A stretch of 64,000 bases of DNA from Gemmatimonadota bacterium. GTDB taxonomy: Bacteria; Gemmatimonadota; Gemmatimonadetes; Longimicrobiales; RSA9. A model generated the notes under the pieces. The model searched no databases and was not told where the DNA came from. It was given only the letters and a program-made list of their open reading frames with translations. Made by a program: the position numbers and the translations under genes. The stretch covers positions 680 through 64,679 of the forward strand of contig SLCC01000086.1 in the NCBI GenBank assembly GCA_007126035.1, written 5' to 3'. Below are positions 38,135 through 48,616 of this stretch, in pieces (position 1 is the first letter of the stretch; every line of letters begins with the position of its first letter).

Positions 38135-39175
38135 ATGAAGATAGCTGTATTGTTCGGCGGTACGAGCGACGAGCGGGAAGTGTCCATCGCCAGCGGGTCG
38201 GAGGTGGTGAAGGCGTTGCGTTCGGCGGGTCACGAGGTGGTAGCGGTGGACACGGCGAACGGGGTGTTGACGGCGGAGCAGGAGGCCACGCTGCTGCGCA
38301 GCGCGGTGTCACCGATCCCACCGGGCCGTGCGGAGCTGGACCTGTTGGCGACGGGTGATCCGACGGAGTTGACGCACGCCCCGGAGCTGAAGGGCGTGGA
38401 CGTGCTGTTCCTTGCGCTCCATGGCGGGGCTGGGGAGGGTGGTAACCTGCAGGGCTGGTTGGACCTGATGGGGCTCCCGTACACGGGGAGCGGTATGCTG
38501 GGCAGCGCCATGGCCATGGACAAGGACGTGACGAAGCGTCTGCTCCGCGACGCTGGCATCCCTACGTCTGCGTGGCTGATGGCGCCGGTGACTGCGGCGG
38601 AGGTGGAGGCGGAGCTGGGCTGGCCGGTGGTGGTGAAGCCCAGCAAGCAGGGCTCGACGCTGGGCTTGAGCGTGGTGCGCGAGCCTGCCGACCTGGAGCC
38701 GGCACTTCACCTGGCCTACCTCTTCGATGACGAGGTCATGGTGGAGACGTTCCTGCCAGGCCGTGAGCTGACAGTCCCCATCCTGGGCGACGAGGCGCTC
38801 CCGGTTGGGGAGATCATAACGGGCAAGGATATCTTCGACTACGAGGCGAAGTACCAGCCGGGCAAGGCGGAGGAGATATTCCCCGCCGATATCACCGACG
38901 AGTTGCGCATCAACGTGCAGGAGTTGGCGTTGAGGACGCATCGCACGCTCAAGCTCAGGGGGTTCAGCCGGGTGGACTTCCGTCTGGACGAGGCCGGTGA
39001 TCTCTGGTGCCTGGAGGCCAACACGCTGCCCGGCATGACGGCCAACAGCCTCGTACCGAAGTCGGCGAAGGCGGCGGGTATCAGCTTCCCGCGTCTGTGC
39101 GAACGGATCTGCGAGATCGCCATCGGAGAACACGCGGGGCGGCGGGAGGAACTTGTGGGGCGGCAGAAGGGTTGA
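38135..39175 (+). CDS. ddl: D-alanine--D-alanine ligase
   Basis: GGTSDEREVS, LHGGAGEGG, GSTLG, FDYEAKY, EANTLPGMT. Confidence 0.95.
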   Translation: MKIAVLFGGTSDEREVSIASGSEVVKALRSAGHEVVAVDTANGVLTAEQEATLLRSAVSPIPPGRAELDLLATGDPTELTHAPELKGVDVLFLALHGGAGEGGNLQGWLDLMGLPYTGSGMLGSAMAMDKDVTKRLLRDAGIPTSAWLMAPVTAAEVEAELGWPVVVKPSKQGSTLGLSVVREPADLEPALHLAYLFDDEVMVETFLPGRELTVPILGDEALPVGEIITGKDIFDYEAKYQPGKAEEIFPADITDELRINVQELALRTHRTLKLRGFSRVDFRLDEAGDLWCLEANTLPGMTANSLVPKSAKAAGISFPRLCERICEIAIGEHAGRREELVGRQKG

Positions 39176-39181
39176 GTGGTT

Positions 39182-40006
39182 ATGGCATACCGGCAGCCGC
39201 CTGGATTCGGAGTATCGTTCGGCTACGGCCTCACGCCGTGGGTGAAGCGATTGCTGATCGCCAACGCGGTGGTCTACCTGGTGGCCCTGGGCTTCCCGAT
39301 AATCGGTGCCTGGCTGGCCTTCGTCCCTGCGGATGTGCTGCGCCGCCCGTGGACGCTCATCACATACATGTTCGTCCATGTCGGCTTCTTCCACCTCTTC
39401 TTCAACATGCTCATCCTGTTCTTCTTCGGGCCGCCGCTCGAGGGGATGTGGGGGGGCAAGGAGTTCCTGAAGTTCTACGCGGTGGCTGGTCTGGGCGGCG
39501 CCGTCCTGTCCCTGATCTTCGCCCCGCAATGGCCCATCGTCGGCGCCTCCGGCGCCATCTACGGGGTCATGCTCGCCTTCGCCATGAACTGGCCGAACAT
39601 GTCCATCTACATCTGGGGCATCCTGCCGGTGAAGGCCAAATGGCTGGTGGCGTTTCTCACCGCCGCGTCCATCCTGCCCCTGATCGGTGGTGTGCAGGAT
39701 GGCATCGCCCACTGGGCCCACCTGGGCGGTTTTGCCGCCGGCTTCCTGTACCTGAAGCTGAACGACCGGATGACCAGCAGGGTGGGCCGCCTCCGCAACT
39801 TCGTCTCCCGCCGCAAGGTGCAGGTCGAGGAGGATAGCCGGGCCGGGAGTGCCGGGTCGGCCCATCGCCCTCGCCGCAGCGAGGACCGGGTGCTGGACGA
39901 GGTGGACCGGGTCCTGGACAAGATCAGCACTTCCGGCCTCGAGAGCCTGTCCCAGAAAGAGCGGGACCTGCTGGACGATGTGAGCAAGCGCTACAAGCAG
40001 AACTGA
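39182..40006 (+). CDS. Rhomboid family intramembrane serine protease
   Basis: HLFFNM, VGASGA, AHWAHLGG; C-terminal VDRVLDKIS..SLS..ER domain. Confidence 0.93.
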   Translation: MAYRQPPGFGVSFGYGLTPWVKRLLIANAVVYLVALGFPIIGAWLAFVPADVLRRPWTLITYMFVHVGFFHLFFNMLILFFFGPPLEGMWGGKEFLKFYAVAGLGGAVLSLIFAPQWPIVGASGAIYGVMLAFAMNWPNMSIYIWGILPVKAKWLVAFLTAASILPLIGGVQDGIAHWAHLGGFAAGFLYLKLNDRMTSRVGRLRNFVSRRKVQVEEDSRAGSAGSAHRPRRSEDRVLDEVDRVLDKISTSGLESLSQKERDLLDDVSKRYKQN

Positions 40007-40150
40007 AGCGTTTGAGTTGGCGTTCGCGCGCACTGGCGGCCGGCGAACGCCATCCCCGTGGCCATCCACGGCCATCCCCCTGACAACTCGATACGAACCT
40101 GCACGGTTGCTCTCGGCGCCAACCGGATCATGCGGAGACGCGCCCGCGCG

Positions 40151-40705
40151 TCAGAAGCCGAATCCGAGATAGATATCCAGGAAGGAGACCGAGGGGCTTC
40201 CCAGCTCGGGCGGCTCGAAGTCCACGCTGCCCAGGTTGAACCACCTGAGGCCCGCGTACAGGTTATCGGTGAGCTGGAGCCCGCCGCCCAGGGCGAAGGC
40301 GAACTCGGTGTTGGTGGCTGCGTCCACCGCTCCTACTTCGGGGCTCCGGATGAAGGCCAGGCCCAGCTGGCCGGTGCCGAATGGTCGGATCATGCCGAGC
40401 GTGCCCAGGTCGAAGCGCACGCCGGTGAGCAGTGGGACGGTGAGGAAGCCGCCGCCGATGGCCTCGGCGCTGGCGCTGTGGCCCACGGCGTCGATCGACG
40501 AGTACCAGCTCAGGGCCGGTGTCACCATGGCCAGGGGCAGTCGGAAATCGAGACCGCCCGAGAAGCCGACATCGGCCAGGTCCGAATAGTCACCGGTTGG
40601 TATGGAGACGCCGGCGTGGGCGCCGAAGCCGAAGGTCTGTGCTGCGGACGGTGCGCCTCCGGCCAGGAAGCCCAGTGTCAGGGCGAGGGTAGCTAAAGCA
40701 CGCAT
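40151..40705 (-). CDS. Outer-membrane beta-barrel protein
   Basis: Signal ..SAAQ, alternating beta strands, C-terminal YLGFGF. Confidence 0.75.
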   Translation of the reverse strand: MRALATLALTLGFLAGGAPSAAQTFGFGAHAGVSIPTGDYSDLADVGFSGGLDFRLPLAMVTPALSWYSSIDAVGHSASAEAIGGGFLTVPLLTGVRFDLGTLGMIRPFGTGQLGLAFIRSPEVGAVDAATNTEFAFALGGGLQLTDNLYAGLRWFNLGSVDFEPPELGSPSVSFLDIYLGFGF

Positions 40706-40878
40706 ATCGGATGACTCCATTTCTTCGCGGGCCCTGAGGGCCGTGGATCTGACAGTAGCGGCACTGCTTACGGCAACCATCGGGCCGCTGGTCGGCATTG
40801 ACACCCCCCTGATGAAGCCCATACAATCCGATCCCCCGCGATCCGCCGAGAGAACCGGTCAGCTGGAATGGAGGAGTC

Positions 40879-42987
40879 ATGGCCACCGCGAAGGAATACA
40901 GCACGGACAGGATCCGTAACATCGCCGTATTGGGACATGGCGGCTCGGGCAAGACGACGCTGATAGACGCGCTCTGCTTCGTCGCCGGCTCGAGCCGCCG
41001 CCACGGGAAGGTGGGTGAAGGTACCGCCCTCACGATGTACTCGCCCGAGGAGATAGATCACGGCATATCCATGCAGACGGCCATTGGTTACGCCGAGTGG
41101 GAAGGCACCAAGCTCAATCTGCTGGACACTCCCGGTTACATGGATTTCACCGGCGAGGCGCTGGCAGCGACGAGGGTAGCCGATGGGGCTGTGCTTGTCC
41201 TCGGCGCCACGTCAGGCGTCGAGGTGGGTACCGAGAAGGTCTGGGAATACTGTGAGGAGCGGAGGATTCCCAGACTTTTTTTCGTCTCCATGATGGACAA
41301 GGAGCACGCCGATTTCGACGGGGTCTACCAGAAGGTCAAGGAGCAGTTGACGGAGAAGGTGGTCCCGGTGGAGATGCCCATCGGTGCCGGTGAGGATTTC
41401 CGTGGCATCATCGACCTCTTCAGCGGTCGGGCCCGCATGTACAAGGGTGACAGCCTGACCGGCGAGTACGAGGAGGCGGACATCCCGGCGGAGAAGCAGG
41501 ACCAGTTCGAGGAGTGGCGCACGGAGCTGATGGAGACGATCGCCACCACGGACGACGCACTGTTGGAGGCGTACCTGGAGGGCGGCGATATCGACCGGGA
41601 CCAGGCCATTTCCGCGCTGAAGGCGGCCATGCAGGACGGGGAGATCTTCCCGTTGTTCTGTGGCGCCCCCGAGAAGGCGTGGGGCGTGCGGGCGTTGGGG
41701 GGCAAGCTGGTGGAGCTCATACCGAGCCCGGCGGAGGCCCGGCCCGAGACGGCGCAGCGGCCGAACATCGACCAGGTGGTGGAATTGAAGGTGGACGATG
41801 GGGAACCCTTCGCCGCGCTGGTCTACAAGACGTTGAGCGAGCCTCATGTGGGCGAGCTGAGCTTCTTCCGCATCTACAGCGGAACGGCGGAGAGCGGCCT
41901 GGAGGTGCTCAACGCCAACAAGGAGGCGCCGGAGAAGCTGTCCCACATCTCGATATCCCAGGGCAAGGAGCGGCACGAGGTCTCGCGACTGCACGCGGGC
42001 GACATCGGAGTGGTGGCCAAGCTGAAGCAAACGGGGACGAACGATACGCTCTGCAGCCCATCGCGGCCGGTGATACTGGACCCCGTCCGGTTCCCGGAGC
42101 CCGACATCTCCGTGGCCATCCGGGCTGCGAGCCGGAGCGACGAGGACAAGCTGGGTATCGGGCTGTCCCGCCTGAGCGACGAAGACCCCACCTTCATCAG
42201 CGGTTACGAGCCGGAGATCCGTCAGACCATCATCCGGGGTCTGGGCGAGCTCCACCTCCAGGTCCAGATGGAGCGGCTGAAGCGGAAGTACGGCGTCGAG
42301 GTCAACACGGAGCAGCCGCGGATCAACTATCGGGAGACGATCCGGAAGGAGGCCGCCGCACCGGGCCGCTACAAGAAGCAGACTGGTGGCCGCGGCCAGT
42401 TCGGTGACTGTCACATCCGTCTGAAGCCAATGCCCCGCAATTCAGGCTACGAGTTCGTCGACGCCATCACCGGCGGCGTGATCCCGGGCAAGTTCATCCC
42501 CTCGGTGGACAAGGGGATCCAGGAGGCGGCCCGCCGTGGCGTGGTGGCCGGGTTCCCGCTGGTGGACTTCCAGGCGGAGTGTTACGACGGCTCCTACCAC
42601 AGTGTGGACTCCAGCGACGTGGCCTTCCAGGTGGCGGGCTCCATGGCGTTCAAGAAGGCGGCCCAGGACGCGGCGCCGGTCATTCTCGAGCCCATCGTGG
42701 AGGTGGAGATCAACACGCCCGAGGAGTACATGGGCGACATCATGGGTGACCTGAACCAGCGGCGGGGCAAGATCCTGGGCATGGATACCCAGGGATCGAA
42801 GACCATCATCCGCGCGTTGGTGCCGGAGGCGGAGCTCTACAAGTATGCCACCACCCTGCGCTCCATGAGCCACGGCCGGGCCATCCATACCAGGCGGTTC
42901 CACGGTTACGAGGACGTCCCCCCCAACGTGGCGGAGAAGGTGATCGCGGAGACGAAGCGGGAGGCGGCGGAGGAGGTGCACGCATAG
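40879..42987 (+). CDS. fusA: Elongation factor G paralogue (EF-G2 type)
   Basis: GHGGSGKTT, DTPGYMDF, GLGELHL, KKQTGGRGQFG, DGSYHSVDSS; not in an rpsL-rpsG-tuf context. Confidence 0.9.
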   Translation: MATAKEYSTDRIRNIAVLGHGGSGKTTLIDALCFVAGSSRRHGKVGEGTALTMYSPEEIDHGISMQTAIGYAEWEGTKLNLLDTPGYMDFTGEALAATRVADGAVLVLGATSGVEVGTEKVWEYCEERRIPRLFFVSMMDKEHADFDGVYQKVKEQLTEKVVPVEMPIGAGEDFRGIIDLFSGRARMYKGDSLTGEYEEADIPAEKQDQFEEWRTELMETIATTDDALLEAYLEGGDIDRDQAISALKAAMQDGEIFPLFCGAPEKAWGVRALGGKLVELIPSPAEARPETAQRPNIDQVVELKVDDGEPFAALVYKTLSEPHVGELSFFRIYSGTAESGLEVLNANKEAPEKLSHISISQGKERHEVSRLHAGDIGVVAKLKQTGTNDTLCSPSRPVILDPVRFPEPDISVAIRAASRSDEDKLGIGLSRLSDEDPTFISGYEPEIRQTIIRGLGELHLQVQMERLKRKYGVEVNTEQPRINYRETIRKEAAAPGRYKKQTGGRGQFGDCHIRLKPMPRNSGYEFVDAITGGVIPGKFIPSVDKGIQEAARRGVVAGFPLVDFQAECYDGSYHSVDSSDVAFQVAGSMAFKKAAQDAAPVILEPIVEVEINTPEEYMGDIMGDLNQRRGKILGMDTQGSKTIIRALVPEAELYKYATTLRSMSHGRAIHTRRFHGYEDVPPNVAEKVIAETKREAAEEVHA

Positions 42988-43006
42988 CGGGACAGGGTTG
43001 GAGATC

Positions 43007-43597
43007 ATGGGCGCACATTCTATAAGAGCAGCCTCTCTTGCGGTGGTAGTGGCGGTCATGGCCACAGTGGCCGGTCCCCTGGACGGCCAGGCGCTGGGCA
43101 TCCCGATAAGCGTGGACGTCAGGGCGGAAGGGGCGTTCCCTGTGGGCGACTTCGGCGATGTGGCCGACCCGGGCTTCGGCCTGAGCGCTGGTGTGGCAGT
43201 GGGCATCTTCCCGCTGGTAGGGCTGTACGGCAGCTATTCGGACATCCGGTTCGGTGGCGGTTGGACCGGCGATGATCCCGCCGATGCCAGGGACTCGGGC
43301 TTCGCTGCGGGTGTGTCTGTGGCCATACCTGGCTGGCCGTGGCTCGATCCGTGGCTGGGCGGCGGCTTGCTGTTCCATCACCTTCAGCTGGATGGCTCGG
43401 GGCAGGGCATCAGCGAGGACCTGGGCTTCGAGGTCGGTGGTGGCGTGGCCATACCGATAGCCACGGGGATGAGGCTGAGCCCCGCCATCAACTACCGACA
43501 CTACGGCGCCAGCATCCAGGATCGGCCGGACATCGCGGTCCAGGACGTCACGGTGCAACACCTGTCCCTGGGGCTGGGGCTCAACATCGTCTTCTGA
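43007..43597 (+). CDS. Outer-membrane beta-barrel protein
   Basis: Signal peptide, AFPVGDF..PGFGL, C-terminal LGLNIVF. Confidence 0.75.
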   Translation: MGAHSIRAASLAVVVAVMATVAGPLDGQALGIPISVDVRAEGAFPVGDFGDVADPGFGLSAGVAVGIFPLVGLYGSYSDIRFGGGWTGDDPADARDSGFAAGVSVAIPGWPWLDPWLGGGLLFHHLQLDGSGQGISEDLGFEVGGGVAIPIATGMRLSPAINYRHYGASIQDRPDIAVQDVTVQHLSLGLGLNIVF

Positions 43598-43678
43598 GCC
43601 CCGGTGAGACTCTGTGGGCGGCCACGGAGCTGCACCCGGGTTGGCGGGGCCACCCCAGGGGCGACCCGGGGGCCAGCT

Positions 43679-44620
43679 TCAGCGGCGGTCGGTGTGGCGG
43701 ACTGTCAATTCGAACAGGTCCAGGCGCTGGTAGTGGCCGCTCACGTCCAGGGTCATGGCCTCTTCCACGTTGCGACGGTAGTCCAGCTCGGCCACCAGGA
43801 TGCCGGGCTCGTCGTAGAGCGGCCCGGCCAGGTAGGAGCCGTCCGGCGCGATTATGGCGCTCCCGCCCCGGAGGAGCAGCTGGTCAGGTGAGGTGACCTT
43901 CTCCGGGCTCGGCTCCAGATCCGGCGGCAGGTCCCGGGCCCGCATCAGCTGTCCGGCGGCGACGACGTGGCAGCGGCCCTCGAAGGCGTAGCATCGGCTG
44001 GCCTCCTGGTGGATACCATGGACGCCGACCACGGCGGACCACACGGCCACGTGCACGTCCTCGCCGGAGTCGTGCATGATCTGCCGGGCCAATGGGTTCC
44101 AGTGCTCCCAGCATATGAGTCCGCCCAGCCGACCGGCTGGGGTATCCACGGCCTCGAGCCCGGCGGTGTCACCGGGTCCCCACACCAGCCGCTCCGTGTA
44201 CGTTGGGTTGAGCTTGCGGTGGTGGTTGAGGAGCGAGCCGTCGGGGCCGATGGTGAGGAGCGTGTTGAAGAGGGTGCTCCGGCCGGGACCCTTCGCCACC
44301 CGCTCGCTCACTCCCACCACCAGGGTGATCTCCAGGTCCCGTGCCACGGAGGCCAGCTCGGCGAAGGAGTCGCCCTCCACCACCACGCTGTTTTCCACCA
44401 GGCGTAGGAAGGTCTCCTTGACTGGCGGGTGGTCCCAGAGCCCCGCGTCCCGGCAATAGTCCAACCAGGCAGGGTAGCCTGGCAGCCAGGTCTCGGGGAA
44501 CACCACCAGGGAGGCGCCCCTGCCCGCCGCCTCCGTCGCCAGCTTCCGTGTCTGCTCCAGTCCCGCCTTCAGCTCGCCCGGCTGCTCCGCCTGCACCACC
44601 GCCGCCGTCACTCGGTCCAT
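43679..44620 (-). CDS. Nitrilase (carbon-nitrogen hydrolase family)
   Basis: Triad motifs VFPETWLPGYP, HRKLNPTYTER, ICWEH; LDVSGHY. Confidence 0.92.
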   Translation of the reverse strand: MDRVTAAVVQAEQPGELKAGLEQTRKLATEAAGRGASLVVFPETWLPGYPAWLDYCRDAGLWDHPPVKETFLRLVENSVVVEGDSFAELASVARDLEITLVVGVSERVAKGPGRSTLFNTLLTIGPDGSLLNHHRKLNPTYTERLVWGPGDTAGLEAVDTPAGRLGGLICWEHWNPLARQIMHDSGEDVHVAVWSAVVGVHGIHQEASRCYAFEGRCHVVAAGQLMRARDLPPDLEPSPEKVTSPDQLLLRGGSAIIAPDGSYLAGPLYDEPGILVAELDYRRNVEEAMTLDVSGHYQRLDLFELTVRHTDRR

Positions 44621-44717
44621 GATCACCGCACCCCGGTTCTATCTCAGGTCACTGTGGGCTCGTTGTCGCCGGCGCAGAATGCGGGGGCGATGAGGTCCGG
44701 GCAAGAGACGGTGTGGT

Positions 44718-45452
44718 TCAGCGCAGCACGACTGCCGCGCCGTCGTACGCGAAGGAAGCCTCCACGCCTCGTTCGCGGGCCATGTCATCGAGCTGTTCGG
44801 CCAGGCGGGCCGGGTCACCGGTCACCACCTCCTTGCCGCAATGAGTGATCATTGCCCGGGGCACGCCCTCCTTCTGGCACCAGGTGAGTTGGGTGCGGAC
44901 GGGCGCGTGGCCGATGAGCCGGTCGTCGCGCCTGCGGACGAACGACCGGGTCATGGAGGCGCCGTCGCCGATGTAGAGCCGGCAGCCACGGAGCGCTTCC
45001 GCCCGGTCCTGGATGTAGACCAGGTCCGGCGCGTAGAATACCGCCACCCGGCCAGCAGTGATCCTGTAGCCCACGGCGGGTGCCCTTATCGAGTGCTCGA
45101 CGTTGAACGCTTCGAAGTCGACGCCGCGGATGGTCACCGGCTGGCGCGGCTCGATACGGTGCCGGTCAGCCGTAGCGATCGGGTAGCGGCCCAGCTCCTT
45201 CCACGACTCCGCCGTGGCGAATACGGGGGCGGGCGCGCCACCCTTCAGACCCCACGCGTGGTCCGGGTGGGCGTGGGTCACGACCACGGCGTGGGGCCGG
45301 GGTCGCAGCTCCCAGATGGCCTCACGCCAGTCCTCGCCCGCATCGACCATCATCCGAGCGCCCCGGTACTCCACCAGCAGCGCCGTGTGCATGTGGTGTC
45401 GGGGCGTGCGCGCGTCGATCTCGCCGCGCGTGCCCAGGAACGTGAGCTTCAT
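44718..45452 (-). CDS. MBL-fold metallo-hydrolase (RNase Z/PhnP/PqqB-like)
   Basis: LTFLGT, VDAG, THAHPDHAWG, VEHS, YAPD, ITH. Confidence 0.85.
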   Translation of the reverse strand: MKLTFLGTRGEIDARTPRHHMHTALLVEYRGARMMVDAGEDWREAIWELRPRPHAVVVTHAHPDHAWGLKGGAPAPVFATAESWKELGRYPIATADRHRIEPRQPVTIRGVDFEAFNVEHSIRAPAVGYRITAGRVAVFYAPDLVYIQDRAEALRGCRLYIGDGASMTRSFVRRRDDRLIGHAPVRTQLTWCQKEGVPRAMITHCGKEVVTGDPARLAEQLDDMARERGVEASFAYDGAAVVLR

Positions 45453-45501
45453 GCACGCCGAGCTGTAGCAGGACCCGGGCCGGCAACGGGGCGGCAGAGC
45501 C

Positions 45502-46584
45502 TTATCTTGCGATCGCTCTCTTCATGACTTCCGCCTCGGAGACCACCTGCGCCATGGTTTCCAGGTCGACCGTCTGTGCCGCATCGGAAGCTGCCCGATC
45601 CGGTTCCGGGTGCGCCTCGACCAGCAGGCCATCTGCGCCGCAGGCGATGGCGGCGCGGGCCAGGGGCCGGACGTAGACCCGTCGTCCCGTGCCATGGCTC
45701 GGGTCCACGAGGACGGGCAGCCGGGTGCGCTCCCTCAACACGGGTATGGCGTTCAGGTCCAGCGTGTTGCGGGTAGCCGTCTCGAAGGTCCTGATGCCTC
45801 GCTCGCAGAGGATGACCCGGGGGTTGCCGGCGGCGACGATGTATTCGGCGGCGCTCAGCCATTCGTCGATGGTGGCGGCCAGCCCTCGTTTCAGCAGTAC
45901 GGGCCGTCGGGCGCGGCCCAGCTCCCTGAGCAGCGACGTGTTGTACATGTTCCGGGCGCCGACCTGGAGGACGTCGACGTATCGGGCTGCGATGGGGATC
46001 TGGGTGGCGTCCAGGACCTCGCTTACCAGGAGAAGTCCGTGGGCGGCGGCGGCATCGTGGGCGATGGCGAGCCCCGTCTCGCCCATGCCCTGGAAGCTGT
46101 ACGGACTGCTCCTGGGCTTGAATGCCCCGGCCCGGAGCGCGGCTCCTCCGGCGGCGGCCACGGCCGCGGCCGTGCGGTCCATGGTATCGGCGTCCTCCAC
46201 GGAGCAGGGTCCGGCGGCGATGAACAGCTCCGCCCCGCCGATCCACCTGTCCTTTACCTGGAAGCCGCGTTCCTCGGCGTCGGTGGGAGCGCCGTTGTCC
46301 GGATCCCATGCTTCATCTTCCGGTGCCGCCGTCGCGTGTGGGGCTGCCACCATGGGCGTGGCGCCGTCACCGTTCAGCGTGGCCGACACGCCCGGCATGT
46401 CCGCGATCGCCTCTGTGCCCACCGGCGTGGTCGGGCTCGACTCCGTACCGGGAGCCGGTCCTGCGGTGGAGAGCACTACCCGCTCTCCGTCCAGCCGCAG
46501 GACGCGGATGCCGGTTCTGCTCAGCCGCTCCACCACGTCCGCGACCTGGGCCTCCGTCGCCGAAGGATCCATGACTATGATCAT
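45502..46584 (-). CDS. aroF: 3-deoxy-7-phosphoheptulonate (DAHP) synthase, type I-beta
   Basis: AGPCSVE, GAFKPRSSPYSFQG, QVGARNM, LCERGIRTFE, DPSHGTG; start 46584. Confidence 0.95.
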   Translation of the reverse strand: MIIVMDPSATEAQVADVVERLSRTGIRVLRLDGERVVLSTAGPAPGTESSPTTPVGTEAIADMPGVSATLNGDGATPMVAAPHATAAPEDEAWDPDNGAPTDAEERGFQVKDRWIGGAELFIAAGPCSVEDADTMDRTAAAVAAAGGAALRAGAFKPRSSPYSFQGMGETGLAIAHDAAAAHGLLLVSEVLDATQIPIAARYVDVLQVGARNMYNTSLLRELGRARRPVLLKRGLAATIDEWLSAAEYIVAAGNPRVILCERGIRTFETATRNTLDLNAIPVLRERTRLPVLVDPSHGTGRRVYVRPLARAAIACGADGLLVEAHPEPDRAASDAAQTVDLETMAQVVSEAEVMKRAIAR

Positions 46585-47426
46585 GCTGTCGCTCCTGGTT
46601 GCTGTCCGGTGGCCTGGTGCTGGGGGAGCTTGCCGGCCGGGGCCATGGCCCGCCGGAGCGCCCTTACCAGTTCGCCCACTGCCTCGCCGGGCCCGGCCCG
46701 GAAGGCGGTATCGACGAGGGCGCTGCCCACGATGATCCCGTCGGCGACGCCGGCGATGGAGGCGGCGTCGGCGGCAGAGGCTATGCCGAATCCCACGGCC
46801 ACCGGCGCGGGGCCGGCAGCACGGGCCTCCGCCACCCGCCGGCGCAGATCGACGGGATAGGCGCCGGCGCCGGTGACGCCGCGGTGTCGCATGACGTAGA
46901 CGAAGCCCGTGGTAATCGCGGCGATCTGCCGGGTCCGGTCGATGCTGGTGTCGGGGCCTGTGAGGAACACCGTTCCGAGCCCGGCAAGGTGCGCCTCCTG
47001 GCGAAGGCTGGCGGCGTCGTCCACCGGCAGGTCGGGGATCAGGAGCCCACTCACCCCCGCCTCCGCCGCGTCCTGGCAGAACCGGTCCGTGCCATAGGCC
47101 AGGACGCAATTGAGCGCCACCATGAGGACCACGGGGGCGCCGGTGGCAGCGGCGACCCGGGCCGCGCATTCCAGGGTGGCTGCCGTGGTCGCTTCGCCTG
47201 CCAGCGCCCGCTCGTAGGCGGACTGGATGACGGGACCGTCGGCCAGAGGATCGCTGAAGGGGCTGCCCAGCTCGATGATATCGGCGCCCGCGGCCACGGC
47301 GGTCCGGGCCAGCTCCACGGTGGTGTGGTAGTCAGGGTCGCCGGCGGCCAGGAAGACTATCAGCGCGGCCCGATCTTCAGCGGCCGCCCGTGCGAAGGCC
47401 GCGGCGATTCGTTCTGGTCCGTTCAT
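46581..47426 (-). CDS. trpA: Tryptophan synthase alpha
   Basis: [32 protein letters not shown]. Confidence 0.95.
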   Translation of the reverse strand: MNGPERIAAAFARAAAEDRAALIVFLAAGDPDYHTTVELARTAVAAGADIIELGSPFSDPLADGPVIQSAYERALAGEATTAATLECAARVAAATGAPVVLMVALNCVLAYGTDRFCQDAAEAGVSGLLIPDLPVDDAASLRQEAHLAGLGTVFLTGPDTSIDRTRQIAAITTGFVYVMRHRGVTGAGAYPVDLRRRVAEARAAGPAPVAVGFGIASAADAASIAGVADGIIVGSALVDTAFRAGPGEAVGELVRALRRAMAPAGKLPQHQATGQQPGATA

Positions 47427-48616
47427 GTGGTCCCTCCCGGTACCGAGTCCACGTCCTTGTCCCCACGGCCGGAGAGGCAGACCACCAGGACGCTCTCAGG
47501 TCCCAGCCGCCCCGCCCACTCCATGGCATGGGCCACCGCGTGGGCCGATTCAAGGGCCGGTATGATCCCTTCCCGGAGTGAGAGGGCGGCGAAGGCTGCC
47601 CGGGCCGCGTCGTCGCCGACGCTCAGGTAGCTGGCCCGGCCCACGTCGTGGAGCCACGAATGCTCGGGACCCACGCCCGGGTAGTCCAGGCCGGCGGCCA
47701 GGGAGTGGGTGCCCATTATCTGGCCGTCGCCATCCTGCAGGAGGTATGAGGCCGCGCCGTGAAGCACGCCGGGCCGGCCTCGGGAGATGCTGGCGGCGTG
47801 GCGGCCCGGCTCGAGCCCGGCGCCACCTGCCTCGACGCCCGTCAGCGCCACGTCATGGTCGTCGATGAAGGCGCTGAAGAGGCCGATGGCGTTGCTGCCC
47901 CCGCCCACGCACGCCACCAGCCCGTCGGGCAGCCGGCCCTCGGCCTCCAGGACCTGGGCCCGGGCCTCGGTCCCGATCACGGATTGCAGGGATCGCACGA
48001 TGGTGGGGTACGGGTGGGGCCCCACGGCGGAGCCGATGAGGTAGTGGGTGTCCCGGTACGATGACATCCACTCCCGTATGGCCTGGTTGGTGGCCTCCTT
48101 CAACGTCCGCGAGCCCGTCTCCACAGGCACCACCTCGGCGCCCAGCAGCTCCATGCGGACCACGTTCAGGCGCTGTCTGGCCATGTCCGCCGAGCCCATG
48201 TAGACTCGGCAGGGCATGCCCAGTAGAGCGGCGGCGGTAGCGGAGGCCACGCCGTGCTGCCCTGCTCCGGTCTCGGCTATCAGCCGATCCCGACCCAGCT
48301 CACGGGCCAGCAGCGCCTGGCCCAGCGCGTTGTTGAGCTTGTGGCTCCCGGTGTGGCAGAGGTCCTCCCGCTTCAGGTAGATCCGGGCGGCATCGGGTCC
48401 CACGAGCCGGCGCGTCCGGTGGAGTGGCGTGGGTCGTCCCACGTAGGTCCGGAGCAGGGAGGCAAGCCGTGCCTGGAAGGCCGGGTCGGTGGAGACCTGG
48501 CTCCAGCCGGCGGCCAGGTCGTCCAGGGCGGGGATGAGCGTCTCGGGCACATAACGGCCACCGAAGGGGCCGAACCGCCCCGCGTCGGCCCCGGTCACAG
48601 GGGTCATGATCATCAA
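47423..48616 (-). CDS. trpB: Tryptophan synthase beta
   Basis: [43 protein letters not shown]. Confidence 0.98.
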   Translation of the reverse strand: MMIMTPVTGADAGRFGPFGGRYVPETLIPALDDLAAGWSQVSTDPAFQARLASLLRTYVGRPTPLHRTRRLVGPDAARIYLKREDLCHTGSHKLNNALGQALLARELGRDRLIAETGAGQHGVASATAAALLGMPCRVYMGSADMARQRLNVVRMELLGAEVVPVETGSRTLKEATNQAIREWMSSYRDTHYLIGSAVGPHPYPTIVRSLQSVIGTEARAQVLEAEGRLPDGLVACVGGGSNAIGLFSAFIDDHDVALTGVEAGGAGLEPGRHAASISRGRPGVLHGAASYLLQDGDGQIMGTHSLAAGLDYPGVGPEHSWLHDVGRASYLSVGDDAARAAFAALSLREGIIPALESAHAVAHAMEWAGRLGPESVLVVCLSGRGDKDVDSVPGGTT

